A stretch of DNA of 64,000 nt, counting the filler, from Basidiobolus ranarum (Eukaryota): the NCBI GenBank assembly GCA_040143965.1. It is 4 parts of 4 records of this genome, joined end to end, with 100 filler letters (N's around TTAATTAATTAA, not from the genome) between each part and the next. Parts side by side here need not be neighbours in the genome. Positions count along the whole stretch, not along the records: positions 1 to 16,925 come from JASJQH010007200.1; 3 more parts are not named here. One strand, written 5' to 3'. This document shows positions 1-13,106 of this stretch, piece by piece (the stretch's first letter is position 1; the number at the start of each line of letters is the position of its first letter). The notes under the pieces are model-generated. The model saw only the letters and a program-made list of their open reading frames with translations. It did no database searches and was not told where the DNA came from. The translations under genes were made by a program, and so were the position numbers.

Positions 1-310
1 AGCAGAACATTTTTTGGTAGCTGTCTTCCCATTCTTTCCCTCCCTTCTTGGCAGTTTTGGCTCTTGAACATTTAACTAGCAATTTGCCCTTAACATATAG
101 ATAAATTTTGTTAAAGGCACTTGGTTCTTTTTTAACCAGGAATAAAGCATTGGTTTCAGATGGTTTTGCATTGCTTTCTTCTCCTACAACAGTGTCCTAA
201 AGTCTTTTCTCTTGCAGCAGCATTTTTATATTAATTTACCAAACTTGATAATTGATTCCATCCAATTTTTCAGAAGAGAGAAAAGTTCCACAAATTTGCA
301 AAGTAGACAT
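1..310 (-). pseudogene. Ty1/copia gag N-terminus, degenerate (two in-frame stops), running off the window start
   Basis: From ATG at 310: MSTLQICGTFLSSEKLDGINYQVW*INIKMLLQEKRL*DTVVG...AKTAK. This matches the copia gag pattern KLDGxNYxxW...M.L....LW..V.G and lies directly behind the LTR and PBS. Confidence 0.8.
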
Positions 311-328
311 TACAGAGAGTGCAAGCTT

Positions 329-341
329 GGAGCTCATAACC
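329..341 (-). mobile_element. Primer binding site of copia element (half-tRNA iMet type)
   Basis: GGTTATGAGCTCC follows the LTR end (...TTTAACA) immediately. It is complementary to the GCTCATAACC anticodon arm of initiator tRNA-Met. Confidence 0.75.
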
Positions 342-681
342 TGTTAAAGTATTTGGGAGCCTGTGGGAAGTGATTTGGAGCAAAAAGAGAAGTTTGTGGT
401 TTTCACTTATTGATTTGTTGAGTTGAAAGTTGACATGTATAATTTTGTCAACATGTAAACAAACTAATATGTAGAGTGTGTAAAGGAAGGTCCCAGGAGC
501 ATGTGTGCAAAGTTTGGGGCTTCTCTGATAAATCTATATATATGAGAACTTATAAGTTGGTAAAAATATTCCAAGTAAATTCCAATTGAGAATAATGGAT
601 AATGTCTTGGTGAAATATAAGACACCTAAATACTAAGCTATATATGACTATATAGGTGTTTAGACAATGCCAATTTCAACA
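342..681 (-). mobile_element. 5' LTR of Ty1/copia retrotransposon (~340 bp)
   Basis: TGTTG...TAACA termini; homologous to the copies at 4837, 5188, 33457, 50759 and 59605; followed by PBS and gag. Confidence 0.9.
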
Positions 682-2232
682 ATAACATGGTTCCCCATTG
701 GAAATTTAGGTCATTACCTAAGCGTCTGGCCATCTTACTTCATAGTGTAGTTGATTTTCCTTTAGTATACACTATAATATTTGCATTTCAGTGACCTTTG
801 AAGTGATATATGAATATGTGAACCTAGCAGTAATACACTCAATACACATGTGTAAGATTTCTAATGAAATCTCTGCATCAGAGAAAACACAGAGGGGCAT
901 TGTATGGTACCCAACCAACAATACCTTAGGTATCATTCGGGATCTGCCTACAGACTCGAATAAATAAATCAGTCTATTTGTATTGCTTTGAAATGTATCT
1001 TAGGGTTAAGAAAATAAGGAACTATTGGGAAGATTCCAAAAAAAGGATCCCAGATCTTAGATTAATTTCACAGGTTACAGGAAATGTGTAATATGATTGA
1101 TTTCCCTTAGTTTTCACAGCAAATCATTCATAGGACGCCTTTGCTTGCTTCTCTCCATTTGGCTATCATCGACTTATATTTATCCATCGGTCCGTCCTTA
1201 GTAGTCGGAATCGGACTCCGTATTGGCTCCAGCTAAGAATAGATTAAATTTAGGGAATATTGCCAGGTTGCTACAATTAGTATGCTCAGATTCGGCGTTA
1301 TACCTATAACTAATACGTCATACTACTCCAGAAAGAAGGACAAAGGCGCAGTCGAGATTGCCTCATATGTATCTGCTTGAGCTCTGCCCGACTGTCACAT
1401 TAGATCAGTGAGGAAGTTACAAGAATTAAGACGCAAGATCCCGCCACAGAGCTGCTCATCTTTACGACCTAGCACAACATGGAGCTGTAGGAGGCAGAAA
1501 GTAGCCTAGCATGTGAAATAATCGAGCTAAATACCCACATCTGCCACAATACATCATGATGTCACGAACTGTGGCCATTCCACCCAAAACTTCCTGCTTC
1601 GAATGTCGCAAAGCTACTCACAGTTGCTCTCTGGCTAATTACTTCATTGGCCTAATCCTGAACCAGCGATGGTTCATCTAATATAAGAGCTCAACATAAG
1701 AAATCATTATTAGCACAGCGTTGTTTCCTTCATACATTCGACGCTTGTCATCGACAAAAGCCAATCCACCGTTAATTCAGCTTCAAAGGCTGAGGGCTAC
1801 CTATCAAGCCCTTGGATCTGATACTAAAACAATACTGTAAATGTATCGGCTTGGAATGGCTAATTGAGAGTTATTTTTGAGTGCAGGTCAGTTGCGCCAA
1901 ACTTTCATTAATCAGTCATTCTATTTAGAAAATCCGAATCAATTAAAATAGGATAAAGGATCTTTTCTTATTGATTGGCCACTTTCTCAGTCATGGGTTA
2001 TACAACCGCTTTTGTAAGTGTACCGAGTGCTCCCCACATTTTACCAATGAGTAGAATCTTATAATGAAACACTAATGGCTTGATCCTTCATCTAAATCCA
2101 AATAGGGCTCCTTTAACCCTCAACCCTGAATTAGTAATCCTACACATTATTGGTATATATTGCCGCCTCTACAACTCCATCCCCTATATTTATTTTTCTG
2201 CTTTGACCCACTAGAGAGCACTTTGTATCATT

Positions 2233-3873
2233 ATGAAATCTATACTGAGCCAGTTGTCACTTTTTGCCACTGCTCTTCTCACCGTTAAAGCTCAAATCGA
2301 CAAAGAAGGGCAATGGGATTTAATTGGCCACTCTGGTGTGTCGGCCATGCACATGGCTTTAACACATACCAACCATATAATCATCCTTGATAGAGTGCAA
2401 AAGGCCTCTAAACTATATCTTCCTAATGGTGATTTTGCTTGGGGATCAGAATATGATCTAGAAACAAATACTGTCCGTCCTCTAGATTTGAAGAGCAATA
2501 CTTTTTGTTCCGCGGGAGGATTTTTAGCTGATGGGGTAAGTGCGTAAACGGACGAATCTCTATTTCAATACCAACTAATAATTATTTCTTTAAAGACATT
2601 GATAAACGTCTCCGGTTCTCAAGGTAGAAGAAAAATAAAGGAGGGATTTAATGGCATTCGCTCCTTCAAACCTTGTACAAATAAGTTATGCGATTTTAAC
2701 CAAGACTTTAATATCACACTTGATAGTAGACGGTGGTATCCTACTGTTGAGGGCTTAGCTGATGGAAGGCTGATTATCCTGGGTGGATCGACCACAACTT
2801 GTGCTGTCAATACTGTGGAGATTAATGTTCCCTCGTTCGAGCTCTACCCTCCGTTGCCAAATGACCCCTTTAGAGGTCAAAAGGAGTTACAATTATTGAA
2901 GGATACTTTGCCTAACAACCTCTACCCAGCGGCTCATTTACTTCCCAATGGAAATATGTTTATTTTTGCAAGTACCAAGTCAGTAATTTTGAATACCAAG
3001 ACGTGGACTGTAGAAAAAGAACTACCAGATATACCTGGAGGTGTCCGTACTTATCCGCTCACTGGTGCTTCTATTCTTCTGCCTCTCACACCGGAGAATA
3101 AATATCAATCTGAGGTACTGATATGCGGTGGTAGTACCAAATATAACAGAAATAGTCCCGGAATCACTTCATGCGGTCGTATTAACCTCGATGATGAAAA
3201 TCCACAGTGGGAGATGGAAGAGATGCCATTTCCTAGAGTGATGCCCGATATGATGGCTCTTCCTGACGGAAAGCTGATCATATTAAATGGTGTACAAGTC
3301 GGCACTGCCGGATTTAACCGCGCTAGTAATCCAGCCCTGTCACCTATTATCTATGATCCCAAAGCTCCTAAAGGAGAGCGATTCACAACGTTAGGAGCCT
3401 CGAGCATTCCCCGAGTTTATCATTCTACTGCGATTCTTATCCCTGATGGTAGAATATTTGTTGCAGGTAGTAATCCAAATACCGACGCTACATTCGAAAA
3501 AGTCGATTATCCAACCGAGTATCGCATTGAAGCCTTTTCACCACCCTACTTGTTCCCAGAAGTACCACGCCCAATTATCAAGGATGCCCCAGAGAAGATT
3601 ACGTACGGAAAGATCTTTGAACTGGATATAGAGCTCTTTGCTAAGAACCCGGAGATTAAAGTGGTGTTGATTCACTCCGGCTTTGTCACTCACAGTACAC
3701 ATATGAGCCACCGACATGTTACCTTAGAGCAAGTGAAATTAGAGGGAAACAAAATTACCGTGACCGCGCCACTTAATGCCAATATTGCTCCTCCTAAGCA
3801 CTATATGGTATTTGTACTGGAAAACAATATCCCCTCTGTGGCCAAATGGGTACATTTGGTGAACAAACTTTAA
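2233..3873 (+). CDS. Secreted copper-radical oxidase (glyoxal oxidase-like, CAZy AA5_1); intron 2536-2595
   Basis: Signal peptide; motifs SNTFCSAG, RWYPT, NLYP, RVYHS, FVTHSTH and C-terminal APP..YM.F; a GTAAGT...AAG intron joins the two ORFs in frame. Confidence 0.9.
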
Positions 3874-4836
3874 ATCACACCTCATCTTTATCCTACAATT
3901 GACTGAAGGTACTTTTTGAGACGACTAATGTGTAACTAGATACTATAAATACTTGTTTAAGAGAAAGAACATTTCACATTCCTGCGTAATAGTCAAAGTT
4001 CCATTATTTCTTGTACCTATTCCAACACAAGTATTTACGCTTGTATCCCTTTTTATCAATACCCTTGGTTGACCTTTTCATGAGTGTACTTCTCCCACCA
4101 ACAGCTCTGTACTAAGCTATCTCCATATAAAGCTCACCCTGATAAAATATTTGAACGGTGTAAAGCAAACAGTACTCATCATGAGTAATTTATAGCTCTG
4201 GCTCTTCGATCATTAAATCACTTGATGTCACTTATATAAATGAATAAATATAAGTTACCCAAGCACAGTTGCTATAGACTACAAATATATGGAGTTAAAT
4301 CGGCATAGAAGTATCTCATGTGGTAGAGCTGAATTAGCGAGACTTACTACAAGCTACGTTAGAGGTAGCTCTAGATACCATATTTATAAGTAAATATATG
4401 TTTAAATGAGGAATGAGTTTATTTAAAAGGTTTGCTCAGTGTTCTCAACTATATATCTATGGCTAGATAATAATGAGCAACTTGTGTTCTAGAGTATCAT
4501 CACACGTATTCGTTCCATTTTTCAAGTATGAAGTATTCAACACACACCACACCATCCGATGACTACAGGCTACTTGATGGTAATGTACTAACAAAACTAA
4601 TTAACCACCTTTCACAAAGGTTGCGTTCTACATACTGCAATTTGAAAGTACCCTTTGCATATAGATTAGTGTCCTCTATGAGAATATAAATATAAAATGA
4701 ACAGGGCCAAATCCTCATCTTGTTGAAATATTAGAGCTAAGCACCTAAATATTCATATAAAATGTTTAGCATATCTAATATTGAAAGATCAAAATTTTCA
4801 AACCTATCCGAAGCGTACATTTTTGTTGTTACTTTA

Positions 4837-5172
4837 TGTTCAAGTATTTTTGGGAGTTGTTGGAAGTGATTTGGAGAACTAGAGAAATTGGTGGTTTTCA
4901 CTTATTGATTTATTTGAGTGTAAGTTGACATTTATACTTTTATCAAACGGGAGATAAACAAACATGTAGAATATATTCAGAAAGATTCCAAAATATGTGT
5001 ACCAAGTTTGGGGTCTCCTGGACAAGTTTGAGAAAATCATATCATCTGAGAACTTCCATGTTGGTCTCTATTCTAAGTAAATTCCTCATTAAGATATTTA
5101 ATAATAACATAGTGAGATTTAGGTAGCTAACTATATGACTATACAGATGCTTGGGCCAGGTCATTTTCAACA
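4837..5172 (-). mobile_element. Solo copia LTR (diverged)
   Basis: Homologous to the LTR at 342-681; TG..CA ends; flanks CTTTA/CTTTG (near-perfect 5-bp TSD). Confidence 0.8.
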
Positions 5173-5187
5173 CTTTGTTGAATTGAA

Positions 5188-5509
5188 TGTTGAAATCAGC
5201 ATTGCCTATATAGTCATATATAGCTTAGTACTTAGTTATCCTCTATTGAACTAAGATATTACCCATTACTCAATATCGGAATTTACTTAGAAGTTCTCAG
5301 ATATATATACCCTGATAACTTGTGCTAGAAGCCCCAAGCTTTGCACACATGTTCCTGAGACCTTTCTGAATACATTCTACGCGCTAGTTTGCTTACATCT
5401 TGACAAAACTATAAATGTCAACTTTCTACTCAATAAATCAATAAGAGAAAACCACCAATTTCTCTAGTTCTCCAAACCACTTCCAACAGGCTCCCAAAAT
5501 ACTTTAACA
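5188..5509 (+). mobile_element. Solo copia LTR with perfect 5-bp TSD
   Basis: TGTTGAAATC...TTTAACA flanked by TTGAA on both sides (5183-5187 and 5510-5514). Confidence 0.9.
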
Positions 5510-8039
5510 TTGAAAATATTTATTTACTCATATATTAATTTTTTTAGTTATTCTGATCACTTTCAATTCATCACAGATATTTACATTACATCTTACTATT
5601 TGGGTTGCCATATCTGATGTTTGCATTCTTAACTCATTATGTCCCTCACATAAGCATAGACTTTAAGATCTTATTTAGAATAAGCATGTACCGAATCTGA
5701 CCTAAAGTCACCTGAATAGACGATAGGTGACACTAAAAACGCGATTGATTTTTGTGCATATAAGGGACCAAGCAAAAAATAGAAAGAGAAAGCAGAAAGT
5801 GGGGAACTTCTCAAAATGACCAAATAAGCATGACACAATCTCGGGTACAGGAAACAGAGAATTAGAGAAAGTAGACGAATCTCTTCAATAAGAATTTCTG
5901 TATCTAGACACCTCACTAAACAAGAAATCCATTGGCCTTGGCTATTGATAACATGTTCAATATTTGAAGTATGAAAATGGAATACGATGTCGTTATTTCA
6001 ATATCTGGTTACGTTGGCACCTGGCCAACTCTTCATAGATTTAATTACTATGTCGGGAAACAAACTATATCAATAAATGCCATCATCAAGATCCACCATA
6101 CCCATGGGTGATATAAGGTTGGAGTACTTCATATTTATTCCAATTTCATGGAGCGTAGATTTCCTGAACAGGGGGGCAACTAGTTTCAGTAATAAATCAA
6201 GGTACAAACTCCATTTGGAGATTGAGGATTGTGGTGTAGTATACGTTAGGTGTAACCACATTTGAAAGGATATCACATGGAGATGGCGATGATACGGCAC
6301 TGTTTGGTAAGATGTCTCAACGATATGTTCATGACAAGATGACATATCGATGGCATTCTAGAATACCTAGCACAAATCAAATAAACTTTTGAAACAACCC
6401 ACACATGCGGGTTATGAATAGAATACTATCATATACCATTAACTATATACTCTACATACCGGAACATGCTCTACTGTACTATGCTTAAACTCATTTCATA
6501 CATTGGCTGCAGTGTTGTGGAGTAGATGGAGTAGATCTGATTACTAATGCATTTACAGATCTTCATTACTTCATGGATGTAGGATAGTATTCACCAAGGT
6601 ATGGAATTCTCGTAGGACACTCGCTGCTTTAGGTTGTAGTGCTCCCAGAGCTAGTCGTCGGTAATACCTGTCCAAAAATTTCCCAACTTGTCCAGCCAGA
6701 CGTGGAGCTGAAAATGCCAACTTTAGGTCAGTGTTTGGCAAGGAAAATATGAGGCCATCGATATAAACTAATTTCATCTTTTTTGAGAAATTCCTCGGCA
6801 TAGGTCCTTGCGTTACATTGGTGTAGGTAAGAAATATAGGTAGGAAAAATATGTAGCAAGTCAGAGTGACCTGTAGATGATAACCAATCTCACTCCATTG
6901 AAAATCCTAGCAATCAATGGAAATATTCTGGTGTGAACTGAAACTTACAATGCAATAGTAATCTAGTGATCCATTAATATGACACAGAGTTGCTAAAGAG
7001 CACTTCCTCGCCCTCCAAATACTCGTATGTACTGGAATGAGCAGACGTAAGTTTAGAAAAGGTAGTATATTAAATGCCAATCCGAAAATATCCGAGTCAA
7101 TCTAGGTGGAATTATCGGAGTAAAATCAAGGCCATCCTTGGAAAGTAATTGCATCTGTGTAACAACACTTGATACAACGTGATAAGATGCTTCGTTTGTA
7201 TCAACTATATCCATTCCTACTCGTAACTAGCTCATAACATTCCAAGATAATTCGGGTTTAGTAAAACCTCGGTGTTACAGAAGCAACCCCAATCCGTCAT
7301 CTCATTTGTAAATCACAAAAGTATCCAGTAGGTGTTTACTTAATGAAGGAAGTGCAAGGACATTTGGGATTGTTTTGCTGCATTTTATTAAACGCCAGTT
7401 GCCATGTGTATGTTTCAAAATCGTACCCAAACTTATCATACCGGGGGTGATGTATGGCAGTATAACAGTGTTAATGCATAGTAACCGGTCAGCGACTGAA
7501 TTAATCTCCCCAGCCGGTAGCATCCTATTCCGCTAGATACATAGATACATTGTCCCTTTCAAGACATTGCCCATAACTCTTGTAATCCCGATTATATGAG
7601 CAGCACCTTTGGTACTACTTGAACAGTTAGGTGAATTTGGATTGTTTATCGAGCCATAAGAGGATTTCATCTCGCTCGCAGTAATTAAACTTGATGGCTC
7701 TGTTTCAATTTTAAATGTTTAAGGGTCTAACAAATATCCTGTGTAGTTTGCGAGTCTATGACTGAGATCATATCAAAGGAGATAGTAATTAATATAGGGA
7801 CATTAAAACTCGTGATATATTACAACAGAGAATGTCAAGGAGTATTAGAGGAGGAATTCTGTACAAATGGAGATATTGTATGTCTATAAAAGTGGCGATT
7901 AACTTGTAAAGGAGATTGTGAGACAAAGGAAGATGCTTGTTCTCATAAATGCTGAGACTGGATGAAGTAAGGCACTAGGCCTCGATGCAAAGATGATGCA
8001 AGAACGATAATATACTTCGTACGGATTGCTTCAAACGAA

Positions 8040-8657
8040 TTATGCCAGATCTTCTTTGGCTCCTGGACGCCTCATTGCTAGCTTAATCCCTTGCTTAGCA
8101 AAGGTTTTAGAAAGCTCTGTAATCACTGTAACTCCTGGAAATGATTTTGCCGGATAGACAGTAAACGGTGCTGAATACGTCCAAGCCCGCACTATGGAAT
8201 GTGGGAATTGGTCCGTTTGACTGAGATCAGTAAATAGGAATCTTAAACAATAAGTTCCCTCAGTCCTAATAGATAGATCTGGAAAGATGAAGAAAGCTCC
8301 TTTTTCACCTTTGTCATCAAGAAGATGGTACACTGATGAGACCAAAGACCCAACCAAGTTTCTCGAATATATGCCGGTATCATTTGCCACAAAAGCAGAA
8401 CTTGCCCCTTGTCTTGATTGAACACCAGACGTATTGAGCAACACGTTGCAGTTTGTTTGGCAATCCGAGGACCATAAATCCGCGTGAACAACGAAGGATG
8501 TGGAGTCAATGGGGATGTTATCGGAAGTTGAATTCTCTTTCAATGCGGTCAGTTTTACGATGGGTGGAGGATCTACAGGCCTCCTATCACGTTCACCAAA
8601 ACCACACATCCGGGCACGTTCGGGCTGTTGGACCACTTCCAATTTATATTCAAACAT
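8040..8657 (-). CDS. Velvet-domain transcription regulator (205 aa, apparently intronless)
   Basis: LEVVQQPERARMCGFGERDRRPVDPPPIVKL, RNLVGSLVSS, FFIFPDLSIRTEGTYCLRF, PFTVYPAKSFPG...TELSKTFAKQG make a complete velvet domain. Confidence 0.92.
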   Translation of the reverse strand: MFEYKLEVVQQPERARMCGFGERDRRPVDPPPIVKLTALKENSTSDNIPIDSTSFVVHADLWSSDCQTNCNVLLNTSGVQSRQGASSAFVANDTGIYSRNLVGSLVSSVYHLLDDKGEKGAFFIFPDLSIRTEGTYCLRFLFTDLSQTDQFPHSIVRAWTYSAPFTVYPAKSFPGVTVITELSKTFAKQGIKLAMRRPGAKEDLA

Positions 8658-9667
8658 GAGGGGATGGGACGGGACGTGTGAGCTAGGTTAGATGCACGGT
8701 ATATCTGTATGAATTGGTATATAGAGTATCAGAACTCGCTTGAAGTGGAATTCTACGAGGAAAGTGAACATTATATATCTATGAAGGCCGTCATAGACTG
8801 TCATTCTCTTTGCGTACCGAATGTGATTCTATTCTTGCCTATTCGGGCTCCATCGTTCCATATTCCACCATTCTCTAAGAATCCATTTCTAGAGTTAGAT
8901 ATATCGTACGCGCTATCTTAAATGAAAGTTTACCCTACCAAATAGATTATGTACAACCAGGATTCAGACACAGAAACCAGATTAGGAACAAGTGATTAAT
9001 TTTTAAGATTAATTATGGGCGACTCTGGAAATGAGCGGTAACGAGAAGTTATCACGATCCAGAGGGCCACGTTCTCGGGAGCTGCGAGGGAAATATCGCT
9101 TTTATCTATTTCTCACAATACGCGAAATAAATAGCTTGATTCATAATCTGAGCAATCCATCTAGGCTGGGCTGTCCAAGGAGTCAATATCAGAAGTCGGT
9201 CTCCTCACATGAGTTTGATGAATTCCTGTGCAAATGTTTAAGGATATAGCAAGTATGTTAGGAATGGCCAACTCCGAGCTCATCTGCCGAAACCGTAGAT
9301 CCAGTATGTATCCTGGTAATGGGAGGCAAACCCTTTACTGTCCATCCCATGCCGATATAATCTAAAGATGTCATGATAAGCTTGCGGTACACAGATGCTT
9401 GAGTCAATGGTCAATCTGTAAGAAAGTAGCAAAACTAGTCTCATCAGTGTACATATTTCTTGTGCCAATACAATGAGACCATTCCTAACGCCATATTGTA
9501 TCTAGTACAAGTAGATATTGTCTTCTTTAGCATAAATCAATGCAAGGCGACAGGATGGAGATAGGGATTAGGGCTGGCAGTAAATTGAGTATCCAAGTTC
9601 CGCATTTTCAAACTATTCTTGACTTTATTTACTTTATAGTGTTGACGGATTAATTATCTGGTAATCA

Positions 9668-10648
9668 TTACTCGATTTTTTTGAATTCAGGCTCCGAAGG
9701 CAGGGTGAAAGGAATGAATCTTGGTACTGCCTTCTTGTATACCTTATAAAGTGGGTACTTGCTCTCTGTCAAGATTTCGGTTACCAAAGTAGAGGCTTGG
9801 AATAGGAAAGTTAATGATAGGGTGCCGATGCTGGTCCAATGGAACCAAGTTGTCCCATTCATGCTTGATATACCAAACAGATAAATTCCCCACCAAAAGC
9901 TCATCTCTCCAACATAATTGGGATGTCTTGAGAGTCGGAATAATCCACTGGTGAGAAATCCACGTCCATAATCACCCTCAAGAACACCTTTGGTACGAAT
10001 CAATTCATATTTACGCTCTTGGAAGTTCCATTGCTGCTGATCACTGACTATCTCTAAAAAGATCGACGATAGACAGATCCCAGCTGCCACAGTATCCAAC
10101 CAATTATAGGGCACTTCATCACCAACTCGTAGCACCACATAGCCTGGGAAAACTAAGGCTAAAAGAAGGAGATTCTGCCAGATTGCAATGAAAAAAACAT
10201 TCAAAATTTGAAATAGTATTGGATGTAGATAGCTTCTAATAATCGGCCAACGGTAATCTTCACCTGTCCACGTGTACCCACCTTTGCGGTGAAAGTTGTA
10301 TGTTAGTCTAGCTCCCCACATTGTAGTCAAGTAAAGAACCAAGCGTACTCTAGTGATCTGGAGCATCTCCCGAATCTCTCCCATCCCAAAGCACCATATC
10401 CATAGATAGTAGACAGGAAGAATGGACCATAGTTTGTCGACTTGCGAATAGTTTCCACTTATGACCGAGAGTAGCCAAGTTACAAAAGTTGCTATACCAC
10501 AAATCACTAATGCATATACGAACGGATCAGAGGTAGATAGTGTCAATATATTAGGATATATAGTGTCCAAGCTCCATCCTTTGAGACTGACTTCGGTCCA
10601 AATGGTTTCTAAAAACCCATATGTCGAGCTCCATGTACTATAATCCAT
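9668..10648 (-). CDS. DUF1295 / steroid 5-alpha-reductase-like integral membrane protein
   Basis: NYSQVDKLWSILP, WGARLTYNF.RKGGY..EDYRW, SDQQQWNFQ, GFLTSGLFRLSRHPNY; multiple TM helices. Confidence 0.88.
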   Translation of the reverse strand: MDYSTWSSTYGFLETIWTEVSLKGWSLDTIYPNILTLSTSDPFVYALVICGIATFVTWLLSVISGNYSQVDKLWSILPVYYLWIWCFGMGEIREMLQITRVRLVLYLTTMWGARLTYNFHRKGGYTWTGEDYRWPIIRSYLHPILFQILNVFFIAIWQNLLLLALVFPGYVVLRVGDEVPYNWLDTVAAGICLSSIFLEIVSDQQQWNFQERKYELIRTKGVLEGDYGRGFLTSGLFRLSRHPNYVGEMSFWWGIYLFGISSMNGTTWFHWTSIGTLSLTFLFQASTLVTEILTESKYPLYKVYKKAVPRFIPFTLPSEPEFKKIE

Positions 10649-11206
10649 CACACTCTCCTTTAGTTATTGTTAGAGAGCTTTTAATTCGTTTGTGGCTTAG
10701 ACGAGTAAAACTTGAAGTATCAAAGTATGTACCTCAGTGATGGAGATATTTGCGTTATTATCAGCTTTCTAGCGCCCAAACCATACCCCTTGAAAAGATT
10801 GCCTTGCGCAATCATACCGATAACCAGCCAATCAGAATTTTTGCTCATGTCGGCTAACTAATTTCGCATTCACTGATAACTGCGGCCACCATAGTTGGAA
10901 TAATTGATATCTAGTGTTTTTAGCTGTAAATATGTGCATATTTAGTATCTATAGTCAACATGGCCAAACTGACTTTCAAGCTTAATAGAAGTATATTTTT
11001 GTCGTTAATGCTATTCTGCCTCTGTTTTTTTAGTAGACTTAGTGTGCACAATCCAGTGGAACCAATATAGGTGTAGTTGTATCTTTATTTATATTCACTT
11101 GTATAATGAGAAGATAAAGAGTTCTTGAAATGGAAGGAGATATTTACTGATGAGAAAACTTCTATCGTGGGTGTTCTATTGATTGCTTTTGGGATTTGCA
11201 ATTGAG

Positions 11207-12655
11207 TTATTTAGTCTTCTTGATCTGTGCGCTTGGGCACCACTGTGAAACCGGGCATTCTGAACAGTTTGGCTTTACACCTTTGCACATTATTTGGCCA
11301 AACCCTACTAGTAACGGGTTAATACCCCTCCAGTAATCCTGAGGCAACCAATCTTCCAATGCCTAATCCAATAGAAATCATGTAAATATGAGCAACATTT
11401 CGACATTCATATATTGTAGTTTTACCAATCGTGTCTCTTCTGGATCCGTAGTCTTCACCCAACCTAGGCGATTGCTTATGCGATGAACATGAATGTCAAC
11501 GCCTATACCTGTATTTCTAAAGCCATAGTCAGTAAATTATTAGACGAGACAGTTACAGCCAGATATCATACTTGAACCAGGCACATTGCATCGTCAAGTA
11601 GGCCTAAGAATCTAGGTCAGGTTTATCATTTATGTACAAAAATATTAGAACTGGGATACGCTACCATTTTGGGACCTACACCAGGCAGCTTTACCAAATC
11701 TTCTACAGTATCAGGTATGTCACCGTCATATTGTTCAACACATATATTGGCGGTACGTTTGATAAAACTAAAAACCAAAGGAAAGTGAGATTTCAACTCA
11801 AACGGTATATGACAACAAACATGTCTCAATTACGAGTAAACAAATGTCTTCATATTACCCTTTCTTGGAGCGATGGAATCCAACTTTACCGATACATTCG
11901 GCTAATAATTCATCGTTCATTTCTAATATCGATTTAGCAGTGATCTTCCCCAGCTTATTCAGTTTCTTGATAGCATCTGCGGTGACTTCATCCTTAGTCC
12001 TTGAGGAGAGCATTAATGAGAGGAGAGTTTGGAATCTAAAGGACTAACAAGGCTTGGTTAAGAAATAACTTTAAATGGTTGTTTGTACACAAAAGTCAGT
12101 TATTTGGAGCATATAACCTACCTTCGGTTCGGCAGTGGTATCACCTAACCTTTCACATCCCATAGTATCTACAGCAGCACTGTGTGTCCGCCTGTACTCA
12201 ACTATTTTTTCGTATACCATTTTCCAATTTTTTGGTTCTTCTTGAATCTCTCTTTTCATGCCTCGCTTACTACTGGTTTTTCTTGGTTTCTTATCGATTA
12301 ACGTCTCCTTCTTTATAGTAATTTTTTTTACTGGATTATTTGTAGGAAAATATTTCAAAGAGGACTGATCGGTAAGAGTATTTTCTTCTTCTTTCAACAA
12401 TAAAGGGAGGTCAGTCGTAGGAGATTCGCTTTTCACGATTTTGAGTCTTTTCGTATCCTCTTCTTGTTTCAAGGGGATTTCACCTCTAGTAGGGATTACT
12501 TTGGAAAAAGAAATGGGGGATACTTCTTCACGTTTAATTGTATCTTCCGAGTCAGAAGAAAATTCACTAGGTACTGAAGATAAACTTGAATCTGAACTGA
12601 AATCCAATGCTCTTTTGGACTCTTTCTCACTCTTGGTTTTTGACCTTAAATTCAT
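11207..12655 (-). CDS. NTH1: Endonuclease III-like DNA glycosylase/AP lyase (multi-exon)
   Basis: [28 protein letters not shown], HhH motif [28 protein letters not shown], and 4Fe-4S motif [25 protein letters not shown]. Confidence 0.9.
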
Positions 12656-13106
12656 GATAAACTACTCGCGTAATAAAACTAAGGTCAGGGTGAAGTGAGT
12701 GAACAATCTAGTTAAGCCAAGGTTAGGAACTTTCAAAAAATCTCAATATTAAATTCGTGATTATCCATATAATTGATAGTGATTCCAAATTCGAATGAAC
12801 CTTCTCAGGCTTAATAAAGCCTGACACGTGTACAGAATATTATGATTATGGTATTGAAACTAGTCACTGCTTTAATAAATTCTGCGTAACCAGAGCCTAG
12901 CATTAAAGTTGACATTGGTATATACATCCAAATCAATCCCGGAAAATCAGTTTACTTCAAACGATAGCTTATCACCAATCATCATTGATGGATCCATATA
13001 AACATGAGAGGAACTAGATTCAACCTAGATTTATGGCTTATAAAGATCCTACGTGTTGAAGAATGACACACGTTAGATACCCAGTCTTGTTTTATAAACC
13101 TTCAAC

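Noticed and set aside
336-686. ATAAC on both sides of the first LTR as a TSD of a solo LTR
   Set aside because: The left copy is offset by one base and belongs to the PBS leading into gag, so this is a 5' LTR, not a solo LTR.
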